A DNA stretch of 64,000 nucleotides from contig NC_058368.1 in assembly GCF_018350175.1 (NCBI RefSeq), positions 40,116,001 through 40,180,000 of the forward strand. The letters are read 5' to 3'. How positions within the stretch are numbered: position 1 is the first letter of the stretch; every line of letters starts with the position of its first letter. Both the position numbers and the translations under genes were made by a program. The stretch is from Felis catus. Its lineage: Eukaryota. The notes beneath the pieces were generated by a model. The model did no database searches and had not been told where the DNA came from. It saw only the letters and a program-made list of their open reading frames with translations. Shown in pieces: positions 1 to 11,539 of the stretch.

Positions 1-789
1 GCATGACCTCTGCCATGAGGTAAAAAATAAAGATGTTATATAAAACAATAAATTAAAGAAACCAACTGTTAATCGACACTGACCAGTTGTCTGACTAGTG
101 ATTTTTTTCAGGTTAATATTTTTAAATGATTCTGAAAGAACTTATAAAACTCCAAAGGAGGGGTTGCATTAAGAAAGGAATGGGAAAGGCAATTACTAAA
201 CTGTCATTCTAGCAAATCTATGTGAACTCTGTAGTCAAAACAATTTTTAACTCTTATGTCGATAGACAACTTAAAATTATAAAGGTAATATAGTATACTT
301 TTACTTAACCATTTTCTATCCTGTTTGCAATATTGGCACATTTCAATAGTAAACTTCCCCTCCTCCCAAAAAAAGAAAGTGAAATGAAACTAATAAAAAG
401 ATAAGAAAGCATAAAGAGATGTATCTTCTGGTACACGGGGGAACAATCTAATTTTACTTCTCTTGTATTTCTCAACATAAGGCAAGTAAAAAGGATGGCA
501 AACATCATTATATTCTGAAAATCACACCTGGAATACGAATATAAATCGTGTCAATGCAATGCCACAAATACTTGCGTTCAAATTTGTCTTCTAAGTATTA
601 TCCTTCTCCCACCACTTTAAATGACATGAAGAAAATCAGGTTATATTGACTTGCTTTTAATGGTTTCTGCTTGGAACCAGGATAAACAAATGAATATAGA
701 GAAGGCAGGCAATGAGTTGAAAGATTACTAAAATTCCTAAAAGTAAACTTTGGGAGCATGATGCACACGTTCACTTGTTGACATCCACT

Positions 790-1260
790 CCATGTCAGAT
801 AGTTCAAAAGATAGTGAAATATAGTGTAAATAAAATCTAGTCCCTGACCATAAGAAGATACACACTGGTAGGCAAGGCAGGCAAATGAACAAGATATTAC
901 ATACTGACGATGACTTGAATCATAGAGATGTGTATCAGATGCTGTGTAAGGATGGAATGAGGACACTAATCACAGAAGAGGACAAAAGTAACAGTTACAG
1001 TAAGCCATTTCAAGAAAGGTGGTGATTTAGCTGAATTTTCAATAATAGTCACAGATGATAAGGGAGGCTACACCCTTCAAAAGAAGCAGCAAAAAAAGTA
1101 GCAGGAATATGCAAAGGCTAAAAGTGATCTGGAACAGTTTTTCAGTCACTTAGTGCTCAAAACTGAGGGTTCAATTTAAGTGTGTAAATAATGGGACAGA
1201 ATCTGGCAGTGTAGAAAAGTGTATTGTCTATGCTTGTAAGCCTGAATTTTTATGTCTACT
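790..1260 (-). mobile_element. L2 LINE relic
   Basis: Purine-rich decayed sequence resembling antisense L2 3' region (e.g. 'tctagtccctgaccataagaag', 'gatttagctgaattttcaat'); boundaries approximate. Confidence 0.4.
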
Positions 1261-1289
1261 ACATTTGCCTTCAAATGCCATTTCATCTA

Positions 1290-1400
1290 AATATTAGTTA
1301 CTGACATAAGGAAGTAACCCTTTGCCTCAGTATTCTGAACTGGAAAATGGAGAGAACACTGTATATCTTGCATGTTGTTGGAAACATCCATGATAATATT
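1290..1400 (+). mobile_element. MIR relic
   Basis: Core-like 'tgcctcagtattctgaactggaaaatggag' followed by 'atcttgcatgttgttgga'. Confidence 0.5.
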
Positions 1401-1689
1401 ATTTAAAGCCCCAACTCTCCAACTAACCAAACTTGTTCATTGCAACCATGATATATGTATTTACAACATACATATATGGCATTCATACTATCCTTGATCT
1501 CTCGGCAACATGCCTCAAATTTGGCCCTCCTTCTTTCTGAGGAATAACTTAGAAAACTTCTATGATTCCACTTTCTGTTCCTCATACTTTCTGGCACCTT
1601 ACACTTAACTTGTCTTTGTTAATTATTACTTTTTGTTGGGTCTTTTTAATTTTGAAATTTGTCTCTCTCTGTGCTCCTCACTTATAATT

Positions 1690-2610
1690 CTACATTTTTA
1701 GTTTTGTGAATGTCTTTTATTCTCATGACCTCAAAAGCCTTACACATATCTTACAAATATATATTTAAGAGCTCAGCTGCCTTACTTTAGCTCTAGGCCT
1801 ATATATCTAAATGTTCACTGACTATCCCCACTTGGTATCTTGCTGACATCTCAATCATGGTAAAAAGTATCCTGATATTGACTGCAAAAATATATTTATT
1901 TCCTTTGTCTTTCATCGTGGTAAAAAATATGTTACTATTCAACCAGTTAATTTTCTCAATTCTGAAACCGATATTGACAACTTCGTCTTCTTCCTTTCTA
2001 TTCATTGTCAAATCATGCTCATCATGAACACAGTATATGAATTAGATTCCTCAGTTTGTTACCATCTCTGCATCCATAACCTTGTACTGTTTGGGTTATG
2101 TAAATGATCTTTGAACTAACCTCTTTCTCTACTTCTCCCCAGCTCTAGACACCATGCCAATCCATTCCTTACATATCCAGAATAATCTTTTAAAAATATA
2201 CATCATCAAGTTTTTCAAATACTCAATATTCTTTCGTGACTTTTCTTCACCTGGAAATGTTTTCATCCTAAATGTTCGTAACCATGATTATAATACCTTA
2301 TAACTCTACCTGAAAATATGCCCCCTGCCCATTTTTCCTAGCTAATTCCTACAAATCCTATAGATTTCAGTTAATTATTATTTCTACAAAGAGGCATTTA
2401 ATAACCTAATCAGATTTGACCCATCTCTCTTGCTCTTCACAATGTCTATTGCAGTCTTCAATGTTACATGCATTTGTATCTTTTGTTTTATGTTTATCTT
2501 TGCCACTGAGCTTCAAGATGTCACAGATTTCATAGGTGGCAAAAACACTACAGGACCTAGCACATAGTGAGTGCTCAAAAATAGTCACTGAATAAACATA
2601 AAATGGATAA
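1690..2610 (+). mobile_element. L2 LINE relic with 3' end
   Basis: Pyrimidine-rich body ending in the typical L2 terminus 'cctagcacatagtgagtgctcaaaaatagtcactgaataaa'. Confidence 0.65.
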
Positions 2611-2785
2611 ATTAGTTATTTCTTGTAGATATGAGTCAACATGATCACAAGCATGAAATAGCTGGGGTGTATGAAAAGTTACTTTTATGTTTTTCCTTTT
2701 TTGTAGTAAGGCAAAAAAAATTGTAAAATAAATCCTATTCACAGAGAACACTTTTGGTTAGACTATGCCATATAACAGTACATTT

Positions 2786-2972
2786 TTTAATTTTTTTAAA
2801 TGTTTATTCATTTTTGAAAGAGGCAGGGGGAGGGGCAGGAGAAGGGGGAGATAGAGGATCTGAAGTGGGCTTTGTGCTGACGGCAGAGAGCCCGATGCAG
2901 GGCTGGAGCCCCGGATACTGTGAGATAATTACGAAGTTGGATGCTTGACCGACTGATCCACCCAGGCACTAC
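2786..2972 (-). mobile_element. CAN-SINE (older SINEC_Fc2-like)
   Basis: tRNA-derived head on minus strand, T-rich tail, imperfect TSD aacagtacattt/aacagtatattt. Confidence 0.9.
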
Positions 2973-5034
2973 AACAGTATATTTCTTAAATGAGTTCCTT
3001 TTTTGTTCATAAGAGGAAAAAGACTACATCATCAATTTGAGCATTGTGTTTCTTTATAGACAAGAGTAATAGTGTAAGAAGTTAATTTTTCCATGGTTCC
3101 CTCACCTTCAGTCACTACTATGTAAAGCTAAAAACAATGTCATTCTATCTTTCAATTTTAGTAATCTAAGAAATCAATGGTGCTGGGCAGTTTACGTTTC
3201 ATCAGCAAGAGCTTGAGATACTGCTCCATATAATATCAAATTGAAAGTGACAAGTTGCTGTTCTTAAGTCTTTTGGTCTTTGCAGGTTACCTAATGTCAA
3301 TGCAGGTTTATGGCATCAGATCAAAAGGAATCTGTGTTGTCAAAATAATAATAATGAAAAAGATGTTGGTGGAATTGGTTTATTAAGGTAGTTAATCAGA
3401 GTTTCTCCAGACAAACAAAATACCTCTATAAAACCTGTTTGGCTTATTTTTAACAGATAAAAAATAATGTAATATATGATAGTTAAATAACTTGTTATGG
3501 TAAAGTTTTTGATTTTTTTTCTCAGAAGAATATGTGACCTATGCCACATAAAACAGTCTCAAATTTACATTATCTGTCTTGCTGAGTACACAGTTTCTTA
3601 AATCTATGTTGAAGAACCAAAGATGCCTGAGAGATGGGAAGTTTTCTTGAACTGCCAGAAAAGCATTGCGGGGCAGGAGACCCCTGTGTCTGTGCATATC
3701 TGCATTTACACCTGCATCTATATTTAGATCTGTATGTTTTCTCCCCTTCGGACACTCCTCATACCTCAAAAATGAAGGGACTTTTGGGTGATGACAGCCA
3801 TGAGAAAGTCTTAGTATTATGCATGAAGTGGTTTCTAAAGGAAAGTATGAGTTTTCTACAAAATGTGAATGGTGGCAACAAAAGACAGTGAACAAAGATT
3901 GCGTCTTCCCTAATTATAAGTGGAGTGAATCCAAAGAGGTGCAAAAAATCAAGTAGGAGGGAAACAGCCAAAATTTGTGTGTATAATTCTGTGTATAATC
4001 ATTGGACTAACTTGTCCTTTTTTCTCCTGAGAAATTCAAAGAAGACAACAAAAACAATGAGGGATTTATTGGGCTGATATTAGATATTTTAAAACTTATT
4101 CTTTTACTTTATTTCAGTTTTTCTGAATTCTTTTTATATATATTTTCAATCTCTCATTAGAGAGTAACACACACAATGTTAAAAATGTTAAAATGGCTTA
4201 TCAAAATGAAATATACAATTTAAAAGGATCACAATATACTATTTTCAAATAGATCTTAAAATATGTACTCTTATGAAAGAAGATAATTTACATTTAAGCA
4301 TTATCGGTTTACTTCTCTTATCCTTTTCGTCATTCGTGTGGGGTGTGTGTGTGTGTATGTGTGTGTTGTATCCCTACCATGTACCAAAACCCAATTCTGA
4401 GGTTACAAAATGTACAGAAGTGAACACTACATAATCACAATCATCAACTCAGTGTATTGGCATTGCCAAACCCCAAAAAGTGTTCTGGAAAATGTTACTG
4501 GTGAATATGTATTAGCTAAATTCAATTGATTTTTAATTGCAATATTTAAATCTTTTCTGTCGTTTGTGACTGTCTCTCCTCCTTGAAATTCTCTATTCTG
4601 TCTTGTTCCTCTTCTACATGTATGGCAGCTGATTCTCAAATTTCTGCTAAAAGTTGAAGAAAAATGGAGAAATTTTATGTCAGAAGTGTAAGAGTGTGTG
4701 TGCCTGACATGGGCCGGAAAGCAGTTTTGAACAGCTGTATCACAAAGAGTAAGTGTTGGAGAATGGCCAAACACTAGGTCCAGATGCTAGCACAATGGCT
4801 AACACATATAGAAGTTCAATATATTATAGCCTCTTTTTTTTTCTCATACACAAATCCTTTTATTATGGTTCTTTACCTTGATTTTTTGTGTGTCTTTTTA
4901 TTGTCCAGAAAACAATGTTTCAAGACCTAAGTGTGTCGTGAAAAATCCTCCATTACCTCACTCATGAAGACTTTCCTGCTTTACTTCTCACTTTACCGAC
5001 CTCTTTCTGTTCTCTCCAACAGTGGTGCCCCAGA

Positions 5035-5225
5035 AAGCCCTATCCAAGAGGAAGTTGTCAGATGATGGAAATGCTCCACATCTGCATGATCCAATATGGT
5101 ACCTACTAGTATTTGTATTTATTGGTCCAGTAAGCACTTGTACCTAGTGCAATTGAGGAACCGAATCGTTAATTTAAATTTAAATAGCTATATGTGGCTA
5201 GTAGCTATTATATCGAACCACACAG
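5035..5225 (+). mobile_element. MER3-like hAT-Charlie MITE
   Basis: 'gatgatggaaatg...tccaatatggta' and 'aaatttaaatagctatatgtggctagtagcta' match the MER3/MER33 pattern. Confidence 0.75.
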
Positions 5226-5379
5226 ATCTAGAATTTTATTTAGTAGTAGGTTAAGAATTGCAAATGCATTGGATAGTTGTGCTAAAAGAATTAGGCTTTT
5301 GTATAGTAAGTATTTCTCCTTAGATTTTATGTTTAATTAGTTCATGTCTCAGAAGACAGAGATGATTATAATTATAGGT

Positions 5380-5850
5380 AAATTAAAACCTACCTCCATG
5401 CTATTATTAAAGCTCCCCCAATTTATATTCCAGCTGTAACATACTGTCTGCAGTTTTCTGAATTCACTATGGCGGTTTCCCACCTCAAAGACTTGGCTAT
5501 TGCATATCCTCTAGAATGTCATTCCACCCTTGGCTGCCTGGGAAACACATACTTATCTATCAAAACACAGCTCATTGTCACTTTTTAAACATAGGTTTTC
5601 CAGAAACACAGGAAACATTACCTAAACTATGTGAGATTCTCTCTAGAATTCCCTATACTGCCCTTTATCCCACTGTAACAAGCTTATATTTCTTTCTTAT
5701 TTCCACTCTATAGTTTCCTATAATTCTGTCAAGCAGATTTTCTTGATGACTTAATGTTTTTAGGAAATATACATGACAGTCAGATGTTACAAATGCTGCT
5801 CTCCCAATGACCACGTTGAATGCATGCAATAGCTACCTCAATGAATGAAA
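5380..5850 (+). mobile_element. L2 LINE relic
   Basis: 'ttgcatatcctctagaatgtcattcc...tcaaaacacagctcattgtcact' and a terminal 'aatgaatgaa'. Confidence 0.5.
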
Positions 5851-5901
5851 TAGCAAAAAATTAAGCATCATGCAACTTCCAGTAAAGTTTGGTTAAAGTA
5901 G

Positions 5902-7113
5902 TTTTTTTATTACATTATTTGCATTCAGTTTGTTTTACCTTTTTACGTGACAGGTCAGTCCTTTTTAAAACTTACTCAGAAAACTTGAAATGGCGGTAAT
6001 GGTTTACATTTGAAAAAGTGTTCTATTACATACGTTTTATCGTGAAAGATACGAAGGTTATTTCATTCCATCCAATGTGTTTTTGGTTGTTTTATTTTGT
6101 AAGCATCTGTTGTCCTCTTTTCTTGTTTGAGAAGGGCTTGCATGAAAGGAGCACACTATATTACTTGAATTTATCTCTCTCCTTTTGCTAGCAAAACCTT
6201 TACTCCTTTATCTTCATCTTTTAAATCTGACAGTTTGAATTTAATTTTTATCAGTTTTGTCATTCCCATTCTTTTAGCTACATGGGAGCTTGAATATCTC
6301 TCTACGGTGTATTGATTTTTGCCCTTATTTAAATATTGTAAAAATTACTATCGATTGTCTCAAGATGATTCTGATGCGCTCCCGCCCCCGCCCCCGCCCC
6401 CCCCCCCCCCAGCCTCCTTCATTACCAGTATCTTCATGCTAATGGTGTGAGGGTGACTTTGACTGGGAAAGAGCTAAATTAAACCGGGGTCCTGCTTACT
6501 GCTATGTCCTTGGAATACTTTTCTTTGGCAGCAGCACTTCCTCCCCCACCCCCTCCCACCCCCCGCCCTGCTCTTCCTGCAGTTTTGTACAACAACTTGT
6601 TCAGATATGCAAGTATAGTACTGAGTCCAGCTTTGGTATCCATGGCAGCAATTTCTGCCCTAGTTTTATCTGACTTTTCATTTAATTCTTCTGAAAGGGC
6701 ATTCATCCCTTTGTGGAGGAAGCTAATGAGGCGCTGGTACCAGAGCCCTGGTTCCTATGTGCCAAAAACAGCATCTTGCAAAGCTGCAAGACACATGACC
6801 TTGGGGAGTAAGTCTCGTTGAGTAAATTTTGCATTTCAAATATCTTCAAACATTGTCCTACAACATTAAACTTTTTTAAGTATCAGAAATAGAAGTGGAT
6901 GAATAGATTTTCACTGAATATTTTTTTCACTATTAGGGAAGAAAGAGCTCTTTTTCTCTTTCTCTACCCACATTTGTTGAGTTTTATCCAGGTTTGGAGA
7001 AATACAGCATATTCCACTTCCACTGGTTGTAGTGCCCAAGTGATAACTTGATAGCATGGTCAAGAAAACTTCTTGTGCTACTTTATAAATTATAATGGGA
7101 TTTCATAGCCCAT
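5902..7113 (-). pseudogene. Candidate endogenous filovirus-like (Mononegavirales) nucleoprotein element, decayed by stops and frameshifts
   Basis: Manual minus-strand translation gives colinear segments IIIYKVAQEVFLTMLSSYHLG, KRALSSLIVK, LLPKVMCLAALQDAVFGT*EPGL, LHKGMN, GLSTILAYLNKLLYKT, VTLTPLA*, LKDEDKGVKVLL, *CAPFM and NNQKHIGWNEITFVSFTIKRM**NTFSNVN. These resemble successive ebolavirus/marburgvirus NP motifs recalled from memory. No database search was run. Confidence 0.6.
6381..6410 (-). repeat. C-tract / (CCCCCG)n, G-quadruplex-capable on minus strand
   Basis: cccgcccccgcccccgccccccccccccc seen directly; a second C-rich tract lies at 6540-6568. Confidence 0.8.
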
Positions 7114-7268
7114 ACTACATTTAATCTCTATTGATACTTAAAAAATCAACTCTCAAAAAGCCAATATTTCAGAAAAGTATAGTACAAAATAGTAATCCAC
7201 ATAGTAAAGTTATTAAACTTTACCCAATAATGCATAAACCGAAGGGATTTAAAAAAGAATCAGCAGTT

Positions 7269-7486
7269 GGGGTGTCTGGGTGGCTCAGTCAGTTGAGCAA
7301 CCCACTTCGGCTCAGGTCATGATCTCACAGTTTGTGAGTTCGAGCCCCGCATCGGGCTCTGTACTGACAGCTCACAGTCTGGAGACTGTTTCGGATTCTG
7401 TGTCTCCCTCTCTCTCTGTCCCTCCCCTGCTCATGCTCTGTCTCTCTCTGTCTCAGAAATAAACATTAAAAAAAAAATTAAAAAAA
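7269..7486 (+). mobile_element. CAN-SINE (SINEC_Fc2-like)
   Basis: Head 'ggggtgtctgggtggctcagtc', (CT)n, A-tail, TSD aaaaagaatcagcagt. Confidence 0.95.
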
Positions 7487-7697
7487 AAAAAGAATCAGCA
7501 GTGAGTAATGTCTTTGCCATTGTCCATTCCTTTGCTAAACTAGTCAGCTCAGCTTTACATGTTTGTGGTAAAAGAAGTGGTAATAATTTAACTTCAATTA
7601 TACTTTTTAAATTTATATTTTACGCAAATTAGTAAGGCTAAGCTAAATAAAGTGTCTTTTTGTCTCTGGATCAGAAATTCTAGCACTGTATTTTTAA

Positions 7698-7914
7698 AAA
7701 GATTTTTTTTTCAAAGTTTATTTATTTTTGGAACAGAGAGAGACAGAGCATGAACGGGGGAGGGGCAGAGAGAGAGGGAGACACAGAATCAGAAACAGGC
7801 TCCAGGCTCTGAGCCATCAGCCCAGAGCCTGACGCGGGGCTCGAACTCACGGACCGCGAGATCGTGACCTGGCTGAAGTCGGACGCTTAACCGACTGCGC
7901 CACCCAGGCGCCCC
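7698..7914 (-). mobile_element. Young CAN-SINE (SINEC_Fc-like)
   Basis: CpG-rich, near-identical to the other young copies; TSD ctagcactgtatttt/ctagcactgaatttt. Confidence 0.95.
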
Positions 7915-9398
7915 TAGCACTGAATTTTTAAGTCATGTTATTCTTATAAAGGAATACAGAAATGTGTCAATCACCAAAATTGCTTACAGAAAAGATTACA
8001 AATAATTTTATGCACTCAAGATAAGCATAAATGTCAATTTTTCATTAAAAAAGTAAAAAAAGAACAGTGAGTGTGTACCTAAGACACAAGTTTTATTACC
8101 TTTGTTTTGTTTATGGTATTTTTCATTAGCATTTCTTACTATATTTCTGAAAATCCCATTATATTTAACATATACTGGTCTTACCATTCTAACGTTTAAT
8201 TTTAAATAATACACAATGTCACAACCTTATACATATAAAAGCTATTCAATAAATATTTTCTTATTATCATTCACTATCTTGTATATTTAAAATTTTGAGA
8301 AATCCAGTGTCATTGCCATAGCAATATAATTATATAGGGCCTTAATTTCCCTAAAACTTCTTCCTGAAAATTAAAAACATGTGTATAGAATATACTTATC
8401 TATTTTAAGAGCAATTTTAACTCAGAATGCATAATACTATGCATAATAATGTTTGTTCTTTATTTAAGCAATAAAAACAACATGAAAGCTAAGTACTGTT
8501 TTGTTGAATAGTAACCAAGGGTAATCTGAGATAAGAAAATGTCACTAAATTAATCTCTTAGAAAAAAAAAACTTAGATTTTAATGATAATAAAACATTTT
8601 TTTTCATTTGAATGATATTTAAAGAATCATAATCTCACTTTTGTAGCAGAGACCACGGAGGAGGCAGGGCTTGCTTGCTTAATAATGAGATTTGTCTCCA
8701 ATTTAATACGTGGGTAATATCTTAGGTAGAATAAATTTAAGGGATATTTTTAAATTAATTATTCATTGATGCAGTTATGCTAACTAGCAACTATAAAAGG
8801 AGAAAAAAAATAGTAATGAGAAGAGAGTACATTTTGACTGGAAAAGTATAAAGGATTAGGTTTCAAGAAAAGGCAACTGTCACAGTCAGAGAGAGTACCT
8901 TAGAATACTCTGGACAAGATAGGTAAAAATTACAGTTTTCAAGGTAAGTCTTAAAAACTGTAATTGTTATATAAGGTAATTTCTTGGAGAATGGGTATGA
9001 CGTGACAGAAATTGTCCTGCATGTTATGTGTCTCTGTTCATAATGTCAAACGGTAAGCCAGTGTAACTTTGTAAACATACTTAAGTTTTTACCCATTAAA
9101 TTAATTTCCAACTGAAAATGCTTGCCTTTACCTTTCATTTTTCAATCATAGACAACTCACTAAATTTCACTTGTCGCAGGTTTATCAAAGCCTTTCCATA
9201 GAAGCATCACTCAACACCACTAATCCAGTTAACTGGAGACTCTTAACACATCCCTGATGTGAAATGGAGCCTCCTTTTTACTTCCCCCACCATTCTGTTT
9301 TGTGTTGACTCTGTTCCATCTTTACATGTTTCATCTTCTCCATGCCAATGTGTTCCATTCGTGTACAAATTAGACTTTTTAAATCTTCTTCTTTTTTT

Positions 9399-9625
9399 TT
9401 TATTTAAAAAAAATTTTTTTTTCAACGTTTATTTATTTTTGGGACAGAGAGAGACAGAGAATGAACGGGGGAGGGGCAGAGAGAGAGGGAGACACAGAAT
9501 CGGAAACAGGCTCCAGGCTCTGAGCCATCAGCCCAGAGCCCGACGCGGGGCTCGAACTCACGGACCGCGAGATCGTGACCTGGCTGAAGTCGGACGCTTA
9601 ACCGACTGCACCACCCAGGCGCCCC
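9399..9625 (-). mobile_element. Young CAN-SINE nested at the tail of an older SINE
   Basis: TSD tcttcttcttttttt at 9384-9398 and 9626-9640. Confidence 0.95.
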
Positions 9626-9640
9626 TCTTCTTCTTTTTTT

Positions 9641-9841
9641 AATGTTTATTTATTTTTGAGACAGAGAGAGACAGAGCATAAATGGGGTAGGGTCAGAGAG
9701 AGGGAGACAAAGAATCTGAAGCAGGCTCCAGGCTCTGAGCTGTCAGCACAGAGCCCAATACGGGGCTCGAACTCATGGACTGTGAGATCATGACCTGAGG
9801 CAAAGTTAGATGCTTAACTGACTGAGCCACCTAGGCACCCC
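9641..9841 (-). mobile_element. Older CAN-SINE
   Basis: Outer TSD tagactttttaaatcttctt (9371-9390) / taggctttttaaatcttctt (9842-9861). Confidence 0.95.
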
Positions 9842-10504
9842 TAGGCTTTTTAAATCTTCTTAAACAACACAATTAAATGGTATTGGGTATTCTGATCACA
9901 GCTATCCTTTTTTAAAATAGCTGTAATTTTAAAATCAACAGACATTTAAAGCAGCATATTCTATTCCCTCTGATTTTCTTCAGATGTTGAATACAGAACA
10001 TGAAAAACATGGTTAGAAAAATAATACAAATTTTTTAATATAATCACTGCTTAATACGTGCACACCTACCAAGTTCTTCCAGACTAGAGTCCCAATTTAT
10101 ATGCAATGCAGTTATATCCCTCTTCATTTTGTTAAAATAATTGATACCTCGCATTAACTTCCTAATCACTCCCTAATATTCTCTATGCCTAATTAGCCCT
10201 GAATATTCTCAATGCATGCTTATACAATTTCTAACATCTAGCTAATTTTAAATACTTCCATTAGACATCATTAGATAGCAACTTACTTTTCTCCCTGAAG
10301 TTATGTCTGCATTTTCACTGTTTATATCATCATATATTTGAAAATAATCTAGGCTGATATTTCTACGACTTGATAATGAATTGTCCTTGTTTTCCTAGCG
10401 CTGCCTTCCTTGCTCTTTTTCTCAGATCTCTTTGATAAAATGAAATCATGTGCATTTATAGACAAATCAAAAAATCCAAATAATACATAATAAGTGGAAT
10501 TCTT

Positions 10505-10724
10505 TAAAAAAAATTTTTTTTCAACGTTTATTTATTTTTGGGACAGAGAGAGACAGAGCATGAACGGGGGAGGGGCAGAGAGAGAGGGAGACACAGAATC
10601 GGAAACAGGCTCCAGGCTCTGAGCCATCAGCCCAGAGCCCAATGCGGGGCTCGAACTCACAGACCGCGAGATCGTGACCTGGCTGAAGTTGGCCGCTTAA
10701 CCGACTGCGCCACCCAGGCGCCCC
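10505..10724 (-). mobile_element. Young CAN-SINE
   Basis: Perfect 15-bp TSD ataagtggaattctt (10490-10504, 10725-10739). Confidence 0.95.
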
Positions 10725-11539
10725 ATAAGTGGAATTCTTAAAAGGATATTTCAAAATTAAAATTCCTACAGTGAGATTACTTAAACAACCTAAGTAGTAG
10801 TTAACAAAACACAAGATAAAGGATCAGAAAATTGATAGTTTACCTGAAGAACTACATACAAATATTTCTTGAAGCCCAGAGCAATGAATCTGTCTTATGA
10901 TGTACAATCTAGGATTTTGCTGATTTAAAAAATGCTTCATTAATTCTATCTGTACTTTCTTTGTCTTAACTAAAACGAGTGTTTAGCAGTCATGTGTAAT
11001 GATCAATGCATTTTTCTTAATAACTACTATTTTTTATTCATCATACTCTCTGTGTTCTCATCACTCTCATTTTGTTCTTTAAATTTTTCATAATATGATT
11101 CATTTTATGACTTATTTTCTCTTTGGGTGTTCTCTATATGTTTTCCAGACTGTCAGTATGTTCTTTATAGAGAACAAGAGAACTGTGCCCCAGCTGTGGT
11201 TTAATCCTGCTTTATGATTTAAGTTCATGCCTCTGGTTGTATATCCAACTGTTGAATTTTTTATCACTTTATGATAAAATTTGCCTTTTGTCCATAGTTC
11301 TTCTTTGGCAATTACTCTGACATTGTTTTAGATCTGAATGCGTAGTGCCTCTTTTTGGCACTGGTATATGCATGCATCTTAAATAACAATGTGCATAATT
11401 GCATAATTTAATTATATACATATTGAATGTTGTTCGGCAAGAACACATGATTGCAAATCTCTCTAACACAAAAGAGAAGGCTGTTTAAAGTTCCAATTTA
11501 AAATGTTTGCTTCTCCCTTTACTAATGCATGTGCTAAAG

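Noticed and set aside
1..181. Possible plus-strand intron 20-110 (GAG/gtaaaa ... ctgac ... tttcag)
   Set aside because: Weak donor; spliced frames stop within about 20 codons; no recognisable product.
305..515. 67-aa minus ORF behind a ttttcag acceptor
   Set aside because: No recognisable protein, no convincing donor, AT-biased composition.
4628..4692. Exon-like LILKFLLKVEEKWRNFMSE between cag and gtaaga
   Set aside because: No partner exons and no known protein recognised; expected by chance in 64 kb.
6504..6821. 105-aa plus ORF as a protein-coding gene
   Set aside because: Reads as the antisense shadow of the minus frame; the polyproline comes from a C-tract.
6700..6860. Gypsy gag/PNMA-like reading of CLAALQDAVFGT*EPG
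   Set aside because: Resembles the AL..VFG..E motif, but the following Q..GE..S.Y..RL motif is absent and the other segments fit NP better. Kept only as an alternative to test.
6865..6897. HFYF*YLKKFN as a match to marburgvirus HYYNSDKDKFN
   Set aside because: Out of order relative to the better KRALSSLIVK match, and made of residues common in AT-rich DNA.
7269..7345. tRNA-like A/B boxes at SINE heads
   Set aside because: tRNA-derived SINE promoters, not tRNA genes.
9259..9642. 127-aa ORF and similar ORFs containing AQSV...SAQVMIS or RETEHERGRG
   Set aside because: Translations of CAN-SINE sequence.
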